Positions 9,700 through 15,995 of a DNA stretch of 64,000 nt are shown here, one piece after another; position 1 is the stretch's first letter; every line of letters begins with the position of its first letter. Made by a program: the position numbers and the translations under genes. This stretch comes from Candidatus Saccharimonadia bacterium (GTDB taxonomy: Bacteria; Patescibacteriota; Saccharimonadia; Saccharimonadales; JALRHH01). A model generated the notes under the pieces. The model saw nothing but the letters and a program-made list of their open reading frames with translations. It was not told where the DNA came from and did not search any database. Location of the stretch: NCBI GenBank assembly GCA_023253175.1, contig JALRHH010000002.1, positions 256,199 to 320,198 of the forward strand, written 5' to 3'.

Positions 9700-10744
9700 G
9701 GGCGATTGTGAGCGAGTATGGATCAGCGGTTGGCTGGCTCAGATTTGCATGGAAGTAGCCTAGGGTAGCGATCATAGCGCCGTTATCAGTGCAGAGTTTA
9801 GGGTCGGTATATTGAATTTCTATTGGTAGGCGCTCGGCGAGCTGTTTGCGGAGTTCTGGGCTGGCAGCGACACCACCGCCAATGACAACTGACTTTGGTT
9901 GAAATTCTTCAAATGCCATGATCACTTTGTCAACCACTGTTTCAACGGCGATACGCTGGAAGCTGGCTGCGATGTCGGCTTTTTGGGCTTCTGTGAGCCG
10001 TTTTGGTAATTCTAATGATGAAAGAGTGTGATCTGCGCCTACAAGGCCCTGAGCGGTCCTGAGAACAGCTGTCTTGATGCCAGAGAAGCTGTAGTCGTAC
10101 TTGTTCTGCAGCCGTGATTTAGGAAATGGCAGGGCAAGGGCGTCACCTTCGAGCGCTTTCTTGCTGACAGACGGGCCACCAGGGTAGGGGAGACCGATAA
10201 GCTTCGCGACCTTATCGAAGGCTTCGCCAATTGCATCATCGTGCGTTTGGCCAAGCAGTTGATAGTCAAAATGATCTTTCCAAATAACGATCTGACTGTG
10301 TCCGCCAGAGACGATCAGGCCCAGTAGTGGGAACTGGGGCTGCGCAGTAGGTAAGGTGTAGCCGTCCAGAGAGGTCTCGGTAATGAAATTGACGTAGATG
10401 TGGCCTTCGACATGATTAACCGCGTAGAGAGGTTTATTCTTGGTGATTGCCAAGGTGCGCGCAGTCATAACACCGACCAGGAGCGATCCGCCAAGACCAG
10501 CACCATAGGTTACGGCGATGGCGTCGATGTCATCCCAGGTGCAGTTGGCGTCCGACAGCGCCTGCTCGATAACAGGGGTGATCGCCTCAATATGGCTGCG
10601 TGCTGCAATCTCCGGCACGACGCCGCCGTAGGCTGCATGCAGGTCCATGCTTGATAACACGGCGTTTGATAGCAATTTTTTGCCGTCTTCAACCACCGCC
10701 GCTGCGGTTTCATCACAACTTGTCTCAATTCCAAGTATTTTCAT
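9683..10744 (-). CDS. tsaD: tRNA N6-adenosine threonylcarbamoyltransferase TsaD
   Basis: MKILGIETSCDETAAAV N-terminus; HIEAH-type metal motif (SHIEA, HVEGH). Start set at ATG 10744, 7 nt after TATACT (10757..10752). Confidence 0.9.
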   Translation of the reverse strand: MKILGIETSCDETAAAVVEDGKKLLSNAVLSSMDLHAAYGGVVPEIAARSHIEAITPVIEQALSDANCTWDDIDAIAVTYGAGLGGSLLVGVMTARTLAITKNKPLYAVNHVEGHIYVNFITETSLDGYTLPTAQPQFPLLGLIVSGGHSQIVIWKDHFDYQLLGQTHDDAIGEAFDKVAKLIGLPYPGGPSVSKKALEGDALALPFPKSRLQNKYDYSFSGIKTAVLRTAQGLVGADHTLSSLELPKRLTEAQKADIAASFQRIAVETVVDKVIMAFEEFQPKSVVIGGGVAASPELRKQLAERLPIEIQYTDPKLCTDNGAMIATLGYFHANLSQPTADPYSLTIAPNLSM

Positions 10745-10801
10745 CACCTCAAGTATACCGAAGTTACGGACAAAGTGCGATTTCAAGCTATACTTGATGT
10801 C

Positions 10802-12100
10802 ATGACTATCCGAAAAATCGTAAAACTATTTATTCCAACGACATTATTTAAGAAGGTTGAGCCGTTTGGTCACCTGATCGAAGCAATTGTATACAACGTG
10901 ATCTACGGCTTTCCTGCCCGCAAGATGAAAGTGATTGGTATTACGGGTACCAATGGCAAGACCACAACAACATACATGGCTCACCGTATGTTAGTTGAAG
11001 CTGGCATCAAGACTGGCATGATGAGCACGGTTGCCTACGGCGTGGACAACGATATTCGTTTGCAGACGTATCACATGACCAACGTACCAATTCCGGCGCT
11101 CATGAAGCGGCTCAAGTGGATGAAGAAGCAGGGGATTGAGTGGCTCGTACTTGAAACGACCAGCCATGCTTTGGCCCAGAACCGCGTATGGGGCGTGCCA
11201 TTTAGTGTCGCGGTTATGACCAATGTGACCCATGAACACCTAGATTATCACGGCACTTTTGAATCGTACCGAGATGCCAAGCGAAGGTTATTTAAGATTG
11301 TGAACGCGAACAAAAAAGGTCTTCGCACCGGTATCGTGAACACTGATGACGAGAGTGCGCGCCTATTTTCGAGCGATGTCTTGAACGCCATTGGCTATGG
11401 TCTGAAGTCTGGACATATTCGGGCAGAAAGTGTCGAGCTGACCCCAGCGGGCAGTCACTACAAGGCAGTAACTGATGATGAGACGTATGACATTACGTGT
11501 AATATCCCCGGCAGCTTTAACGTGTCTAACTCTTTGGCGGTGGTGGCAATTGGCCGCACACTTGGGCTTACCAAGCAGCAAATCGAACAGGGAATTGTGG
11601 CACTTGAAAACGTAGAAGGCCGCATGACGCGTATCAGCGAGGGTCAGGATTTTGACGTGATTGTTGATTTTGCGCATACGCCAGATAGCTTTGAAAAGTT
11701 ATTCAAAGACCTGAAGCCAGTTGTAAAGGGCAGGCTGATTGCATTATTTGGCAGTGCAGGCCGCCGCGACGAGGCTAAGCGGGCAGTGCAGGGTGAAATT
11801 GCTGGCAAATACGCCGATGAAGTCATTGTGACCGAAGAGGACGACCGCGATATCGACGGCATGGAGATTATGAATCAGATTGCAGAGGGTGCTGAAAAGT
11901 CAGGTAAGGTCCGCGAAGAGAATCTGTTTCTTGTGCATGACCGAACCGATGCGATCGAGTTTGCGATTAACCGTGCGGGCAAGGGCGATACTGTGATTTT
12001 GCTCGGTAAGGGGCATGAAAAGACCATCGAGCGCGCCAACGGCGAAAACCCATGGGACGAGGTTGGGGCAGTCCGGGCTGCAATTAAGCACCGGGCGTAG
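10802..12100 (+). CDS. murE: Mur ligase family, UDP-N-acetylmuramoyl-tripeptide synthetase (MurE-like)
   Basis: P-loop ITGTNGKTTT; MTNVTHEHLDYHGT; VDFAHTPDS. Start at ATG 10802, 7 nt after TATACT (10789-10794). Confidence 0.75.
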   Translation: MTIRKIVKLFIPTTLFKKVEPFGHLIEAIVYNVIYGFPARKMKVIGITGTNGKTTTTYMAHRMLVEAGIKTGMMSTVAYGVDNDIRLQTYHMTNVPIPALMKRLKWMKKQGIEWLVLETTSHALAQNRVWGVPFSVAVMTNVTHEHLDYHGTFESYRDAKRRLFKIVNANKKGLRTGIVNTDDESARLFSSDVLNAIGYGLKSGHIRAESVELTPAGSHYKAVTDDETYDITCNIPGSFNVSNSLAVVAIGRTLGLTKQQIEQGIVALENVEGRMTRISEGQDFDVIVDFAHTPDSFEKLFKDLKPVVKGRLIALFGSAGRRDEAKRAVQGEIAGKYADEVIVTEEDDRDIDGMEIMNQIAEGAEKSGKVREENLFLVHDRTDAIEFAINRAGKGDTVILLGKGHEKTIERANGENPWDEVGAVRAAIKHRA

Positions 12101-12102
12101 CT

Positions 12103-12960
12103 CTATATATTGTCGAGCGTGAGGGTGGTACAGCGAATGTAGCCACCGCCCTTTACGAGTTCAATAATTTCAGGGGTGATCGTTTTGAGGCCTTTTGCCT
12201 CAATCGCGGCTTTGAGGAGCGGTGCGGTACCACTCATGATGACGGTTTCACCGGTAGAAACGAGGTTACAGGCAAATGCCTTTTTGGCCTCGTGTACTGA
12301 TACTTCAATCTTCTCAATTGGAAGTTCGCGGATGATCGTTTGGCTTTCTTTGGTGAACGCCGCAGGACACCAGGCTATGAGGTCATCCCTTAAGACCGAT
12401 AACGCGAGATCAATGTCGTAGAAAAAGCTATCTGGCCAACCAGAGTCTTTGTTGATAACCCTTTTGCCGTACCAATTACGCTGCGGGATGGTCTGCAGTT
12501 GCACTAATTTATAGCCGAGTGCTTCGGCTGCGAATGTTTGCGCTGCTGCATCACTTCGGTACCCATTGCCGGCCAGTAGGTATTTGCCGCAAGGCAGAGC
12601 ATCGCCTTGGCCGCTGAAATGGAGTCCTTCAGAAGCTTCTATAACTTCCTTGCCAAGATCGGTGAGTACCATTTTTGCATAAGGCTCCTCCCCCTTGCGC
12701 GCATCAGGTAGCCTTGAGACAATTGCCTTGTTACCCCGGACCAAGGCCCAGTTAGCGGTGTATACACCGTCCTGGCAGTCTCGGGGTGGCGTAACGGTAA
12801 TTACTTTCACACCGGCTGTCTCAAGGGCTTCACGAATCGCAGTATGCTCCTGACGAGCTCTTTCCAAATCAATGGTGTCGTTTTTTGACATGTAGGGGTT
12901 AATTGCCTGTTCGGCGTTAAAGTAATCAACTCCGGACATCAGTACAGTTCTATTAATCAT
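12103..12960 (-). CDS. amidinotransferase-superfamily enzyme (DDAH / arginine deiminase-like)
   Basis: C-terminal GGGYIRCTTLTL has the catalytic Cys context of the guanidino-modifying superfamily. Start chosen at MINRTVLMSG (ATG 12960). Confidence 0.6.
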   Translation of the reverse strand: MINRTVLMSGVDYFNAEQAINPYMSKNDTIDLERARQEHTAIREALETAGVKVITVTPPRDCQDGVYTANWALVRGNKAIVSRLPDARKGEEPYAKMVLTDLGKEVIEASEGLHFSGQGDALPCGKYLLAGNGYRSDAAAQTFAAEALGYKLVQLQTIPQRNWYGKRVINKDSGWPDSFFYDIDLALSVLRDDLIAWCPAAFTKESQTIIRELPIEKIEVSVHEAKKAFACNLVSTGETVIMSGTAPLLKAAIEAKGLKTITPEIIELVKGGGYIRCTTLTLDNI

Positions 12961-13024
12961 AAGCCTATTGTACGCGGCTACCGGGTTGTATGTAAAATAT
13001 TGACTAATAGTTTTAAAAGTGGTG

Positions 13025-13052
13025 TTGAAATATTTAATGACAGGAGTATACT
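13025..13052 (+). promoter_or_regulatory. candidate sigma-70 promoter driving the structured RNA / GC-rich small gene
   Basis: TTGAAA, 16 nt spacer, TATACT. Confidence 0.35.
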
Positions 13053-13155
13053 GGCAACATAATTTTGTATACAGCAAAGCTATTTTGCGGACAAAATGAC
13101 AGTGATTTCTTGAGATAAATACATTTCGGAATCATGCACATTGAGATGTAGGTAT

Positions 13156-13206
13156 CCAAAATGGAGACATTGGTGATCAGGCTGATCACTGGTGCTTCCA
13201 TTTTGG
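13156..13206 (+). other. 51-nt two-tier hairpin (H1) in the 5' region of the island
   Basis: CCAAAATGGA/TCCATTTTGG (10 bp) enclosing GTGATCAG/CTGATCAC (8 bp), separated by a symmetric 7x7 internal loop. Confidence 0.6.
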
Positions 13207-13268
13207 TGAAGATTACCATCCTGGAGGATGCAGTACCCCGAGAAAGAATGCCATTTTTCTGCGTTTAA
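13161..13268 (+). CDS. possible 35-aa hydrophobic peptide (METLVIRLITGASILVKITILEDAVPRERMPFFCV)
   Basis: ATG lies inside the 5' arm of H1. The TAA stop overlaps the AAGGAG SD of the next ORF; a weak AGGT SD sits 7 nt upstream. No homology evidence. Confidence 0.2.
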   Translation: METLVIRLITGASILVKITILEDAVPRERMPFFCV

Positions 13269-13281
13269 GGAGAAGATTAGC

Positions 13282-13548
13282 ATGAGCATCGAAGAGCAGC
13301 AGATCGAGTGCTGGCAGCTGCGTGACCAGGACGCCCGTCAGGCCCGCGACAGCGAGACTGAGATGTGCTGGGAGCAGCACAACAAGGCAGCCGCCATGAG
13401 CGACGGTCAGGAGAACATCCTGCAGGTGGTCTCCGGAGACATCGCCATCATGCCCTCGGGTGAGAAGCGGCCGCGCACGAAGCGCAGCTACAGGAAGGGG
13501 CAGCGTCGTCGCCGCCTCGAGGCCCAGTTGCCTCGGCCCGCTGCGTAG
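13282..13548 (+). CDS. GC-rich small protein (88 aa) with Arg/Lys-rich C-terminal tail; foreign composition
   Basis: AAGGAG lies 8 nt upstream of ATG 13282. Hand count 176/267 G+C; only 12 of 88 codons end in A/T. Tail is KRPRTKRSYRKGQRRRRLEAQ. Confidence 0.6.
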   Translation: MSIEEQQIECWQLRDQDARQARDSETEMCWEQHNKAAAMSDGQENILQVVSGDIAIMPSGEKRPRTKRSYRKGQRRRRLEAQLPRPAA

Positions 13549-13571
13549 GCGGCCCCCAGGGGAGGGAAAAA

Positions 13572-13626
13572 GGGCCGGGTCCAAGGTGGATTTATACAGC
13601 TGTCAGCTGCCACCTGGATCCGGCCC
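13572..13626 (+). terminator. GC-rich 17-bp hairpin (H2) downstream of the GC-rich ORF; tail-less terminator or protein/RNA binding site
   Basis: GGGCCGGGTCCAAGGTGG-(20 nt loop with 2x CAGCTG)-CCACCTGGATCCGGCCC. One bulged A and one G-T wobble; followed by a C-run, not a T-run. Confidence 0.5.
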
Positions 13627-13677
13627 GCCCCCCCCATCTTCAACACCGCCTACATCTCAATAACACACTCTATGATG

Positions 13678-13700
13678 CACCCCAGTTAGGGTGTTTTTTT
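13678..13700 (+). terminator. intrinsic terminator
   Basis: CACCC-cagtta-GGGTG followed by TTTTTTT. Confidence 0.7.
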
Positions 13701-13717
13701 ATTTGTGTACATGAATA

Positions 13718-13746
13718 TTGATAAAATACCATGTTTATGCTATAAT
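13718..13746 (+). promoter_or_regulatory. near-consensus sigma-70 promoter of the pseudokinase-kinase operon
   Basis: TTGATA (13718-13723), 17 nt spacer, TATAAT (13741-13746). ATG 13756 lies 9 nt downstream with no SD. Confidence 0.7.
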
Positions 13747-13755
13747 ATAGGTTAT

Positions 13756-14385
13756 ATGTCAGAGATTGTTAATCCAGAACACCGCGAGCCTGATCCACGC
13801 CATCTTCAAATAGAGCCGCATCGTCATCTTATTGACGATAAAGTGTGGAAGCAGACTGGAATTACAGAGTATTTTGATACCACCTCCCAGAAACGCATCA
13901 TGACGTTGCCTCGTGATTCTGAAAGCGCTGCTTTACATGGCCAGCTTGTTGATAAACGCATTTCGGTCTATCCAATGTTTGGCGCTGATAACCAGAGCAT
14001 TTTACTGGGAGTGCCCAATGATTCACGAACTGTACAATCAAGTCTTAGATTTATAGCCAGGGATGTAGTACGTTATAAAGAGATTTTTACTCAAGTAGGT
14101 AATGTGCTCGGCCGCTGCGCGCTATATGGACTTGGCTTGCCGGGTCGAACTATCGAACGCCCTGTATTGGCAAGCGTTGCATTTTCACTCAACACTACAG
14201 AGACTTTTGGTGGTAATGTTCATCTCTTGCCACCGTACTCGTTTGAGCACGCAAAATCAAAAACAGAAGAACTACAGGAATTGCGTCGTGAATTAGTGGC
14301 GTCATCGTATATTTCTTCAGCAGTCGCAAGCGAGTTGATAGCCGCAACGAGCTTAGGATGGGAACATGCCCGAGAACGCTCATGA
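13756..14385 (+). CDS. hypothetical protein; by-eye a degenerate C-lobe-only paralog of the downstream kinase-fold protein (pseudokinase)
   Basis: CALYGLGL...ASVAFSLN...NVHLLPPYSFEHAKSK aligns with NALFHGDLAFRNVAFDQTGKTVIIDPELMISAKES of the next ORF. The His/Asp/Asn/Asp catalytic residues are replaced. Confidence 0.45.
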   Translation: MSEIVNPEHREPDPRHLQIEPHRHLIDDKVWKQTGITEYFDTTSQKRIMTLPRDSESAALHGQLVDKRISVYPMFGADNQSILLGVPNDSRTVQSSLRFIARDVVRYKEIFTQVGNVLGRCALYGLGLPGRTIERPVLASVAFSLNTTETFGGNVHLLPPYSFEHAKSKTEELQELRRELVASSYISSAVASELIAATSLGWEHARERS

Positions 14386-15364
14386 GATTAGCCTTGAAGC
14401 AGTTATAGACCGATTTCAATACGATATTGGTCAATATGGCTCTGCTGAAACGTTTGCCCTCCCTGAAGTTGCTGGTCGTATCAACCACAACATGAAGTAT
14501 GTTCAGATAAATGATAGTTTAGATCAGGGAATGTACCTTGATGAGGGGCTATATCGCAGGGACATGCAGTACGGTTTTTTTGTACAGGCGGGAAATCGTC
14601 TAACCCGGGAAGACTCTCATAATAAAGTATTCTTTGGGAATATGTTACTTTTGCCCGAGGGCTCTGACGATGAAATTCATGAGCAAGTGGCGGTAAAAAG
14701 TAGAGTAAGCAGCGAGACGCACAAACTACTCGGTGAGATGGCGCTGTTCCAGCATCTTGAGAGCTTAGATATTAGAACATACCGGCCAGCGGCTTTACTT
14801 GTTGGGCAAAAGGCCACGCACCTGATGACATACTTCGAAGGTAATGTAGCTACAATGGATACCGTTGACTGGGAAAACATGGAGATTGAAGAAGCTTGGG
14901 TTGAGGTAGATAAGGTAATTGATACGATGATGCAGCTCTATACTAATGCATTATTTCATGGCGATCTTGCATTCAGGAATGTTGCCTTTGATCAGACTGG
15001 TAAAACGGTGATCATCGACCCTGAGCTTATGATCAGTGCCAAGGAAAGCTATGATGAATTACTCGATGCAGGCGTTTTATTTACTCCTAAACAACAGCGG
15101 ATATACGATGGTATTGTACAAAAAATGAGTGGCGAGATGGGTAGTGTCTTTCATTCAATCGATAGGCACATTCTGCCACTGTTCCCGAAGCAAGAACGGC
15201 CAAGAAGTGACGAGGCTCGCCTAAAAATATACAAGAAGCATTTATTCGAGCCATTTAAGTCCAGGGTACGCGATCTCGAAGATCCAATACGCAGCTTCCT
15301 TCTTCGTCTCACTGATGACGTGGTAGCACGTAAGAAGGCGCATGCCAAAGAACAGAAATTATAA
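14366..15364 (+). CDS. protein-kinase-like fold phosphotransferase (APH / choline-kinase / Kdo-RIO-like)
   Basis: Beta3 Lys context QVAVKS; catalytic loop HGDLAFRN; IIDPE metal-binding motif (matches the APH-family HGDLxxxN...IDxE pattern). Overlaps the upstream ORF by 20 nt. Confidence 0.65.
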   Translation: MPENAHEISLEAVIDRFQYDIGQYGSAETFALPEVAGRINHNMKYVQINDSLDQGMYLDEGLYRRDMQYGFFVQAGNRLTREDSHNKVFFGNMLLLPEGSDDEIHEQVAVKSRVSSETHKLLGEMALFQHLESLDIRTYRPAALLVGQKATHLMTYFEGNVATMDTVDWENMEIEEAWVEVDKVIDTMMQLYTNALFHGDLAFRNVAFDQTGKTVIIDPELMISAKESYDELLDAGVLFTPKQQRIYDGIVQKMSGEMGSVFHSIDRHILPLFPKQERPRSDEARLKIYKKHLFEPFKSRVRDLEDPIRSFLLRLTDDVVARKKAHAKEQKL

Positions 15365-15390
15365 AAGCCCGGTTATATACCGGGCTTTTT
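15363..15390 (+). terminator. intrinsic terminator of the kinase operon
   Basis: AAAGCCCGG-ttatata-CCGGGCTTTTT. Confidence 0.85.
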
Positions 15391-15406
15391 AATATGCGGT
15401 GGGGGA

Positions 15407-15485
15407 GGGCTTAGCTTGTGTTGTCTGATGAGTGTAAGGTGGAGGCAGGGTGCCTACGACAGGTTACATCATCCAAGCTAAGCCC
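15407..15485. other. 79-nt imperfect hairpin (H3) 3' of the minus-strand GC-rich ORF
   Basis: Perfect 12-bp outer stem GGGCTTAGCTTG/CAAGCTAAGCCC; inner GATGA(G)TGTAA/TTACATCATC; apical AGGCA-ggg-TGCCT. Confidence 0.55.
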
Positions 15486-15565
15486 AGACCGACCGACGAG
15501 GTGCATCTCCTTGGCACTATGCGCATGAGCGCCAATGGAGATGACCCCGCCGCCGGTTGTCCGTG

Positions 15566-15886
15566 TCAGCGCGCTTGGCGCCAACGGATGATCGTCGTGT
15601 CGAACTCCTGACGCAGCTCCTGGTGGAACAGCTTCATGAACTGGTGGCTCCAGTCGAAGCTGACGCACCCGTGAGACGGGATGAGGAACTCGACGATCTT
15701 GGTGGCGCTGGTGAAGCACACATGCCTTCCGTTGAGACCGTTGATGATGTTGGCGATCTTGCGGTGGACCTGCGGCTGTTCAGCGGCGGGAACCATGAGG
15801 AACACCCTCAGATGGTTCTTCTCGAGGAGGGATCGAGTAATTTCGACCCAACCCAGACCTTCGATGTGAATATTCGATGGGGTCAT
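15566..15886 (-). CDS. GC3-rich small protein (106 aa), tentatively receiver(REC)-like fold, apparently truncated; foreign composition
   Basis: GGAAGG SD 6 nt upstream of ATG 15886. Hand count 183/321 G+C; 21 of 106 codons end in A/T, and 10 of those fall in the first 20 codons. RVFLMV...CVSFDW...TTIIRW resembles REC beta1/beta3/beta4. Confidence 0.5.
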   Translation of the reverse strand: MTPSNIHIEGLGWVEITRSLLEKNHLRVFLMVPAAEQPQVHRKIANIINGLNGRHVCFTSATKIVEFLIPSHGCVSFDWSHQFMKLFHQELRQEFDTTIIRWRQAR

Positions 15887-15919
15887 GCTGTGCCTTCCAT
15901 GATGGATACGGACTAGCAA

Positions 15920-15971
15920 AGTCTATCACGTGCTCGGAATCATTGCAATATTTATAATAGGATTGTATAAT
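15920..15971. promoter_or_regulatory. divergent promoter pair sharing a palindromic -35 (TTGCAA)
   Basis: Plus strand: TTGCAA (15943-15948), 17 nt, TATAAT (15966-15971). Minus strand: TTGCAA, 17 nt, TAGACT (15925..15920). Confidence 0.45.
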
Positions 15972-15995
15972 ATCATTAAGTACTGGCGAAGACCC

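Noticed and set aside
13213-13584. 123-aa minus-strand ORF antisense to the GC-rich small gene
   Set aside because: This is a typical shadow ORF in high-GC DNA. The plus-strand frame has the SD and the GC3 bias. The antisense product is low-complexity (L/A/G/P-rich) with no start context.
13419-13621. Cluster of restriction sites (SbfI, NotI, XhoI, 2x PvuII, BamHI) as evidence of an engineered insert
   Set aside because: The sites are dispersed through an ORF and a hairpin rather than forming a polylinker. GC-rich palindromes are expected at elevated frequency in ~66% GC DNA. I kept this only as a caveat to check against vector databases.
15426-15433. CTGATGAG, the hammerhead-ribozyme core motif, inside the 79-nt hairpin
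   Set aside because: No GAAA element, no appropriately placed stem II/III and no UH cleavage context on either strand. The motif is simply part of the GATGA/TCATC stem.
13638-15441. Imperfect ~27-bp inverted repeat (CACCGCCTACATCTCAATAACACAC versus the reverse complement of CTTGTGTTGTCTGATGAGTGTAAGGTGG) that would bracket the kinase operon like terminal inverted repeats
   Set aside because: About 70% identity is reached only with gaps, and it was found post hoc. That is compatible with chance in a few hundred nt. There is no target-site duplication and no transposase.
15557-15916. 119-aa plus-strand ORF (and the 102-aa minus ORF 15411..15719) overlapping the second GC-rich gene
   Set aside because: The GC3 periodicity and SD support the minus-strand frame 15566..15886. 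The others are shadow frames, with D/E/L/V-rich or R/P/H-rich products.
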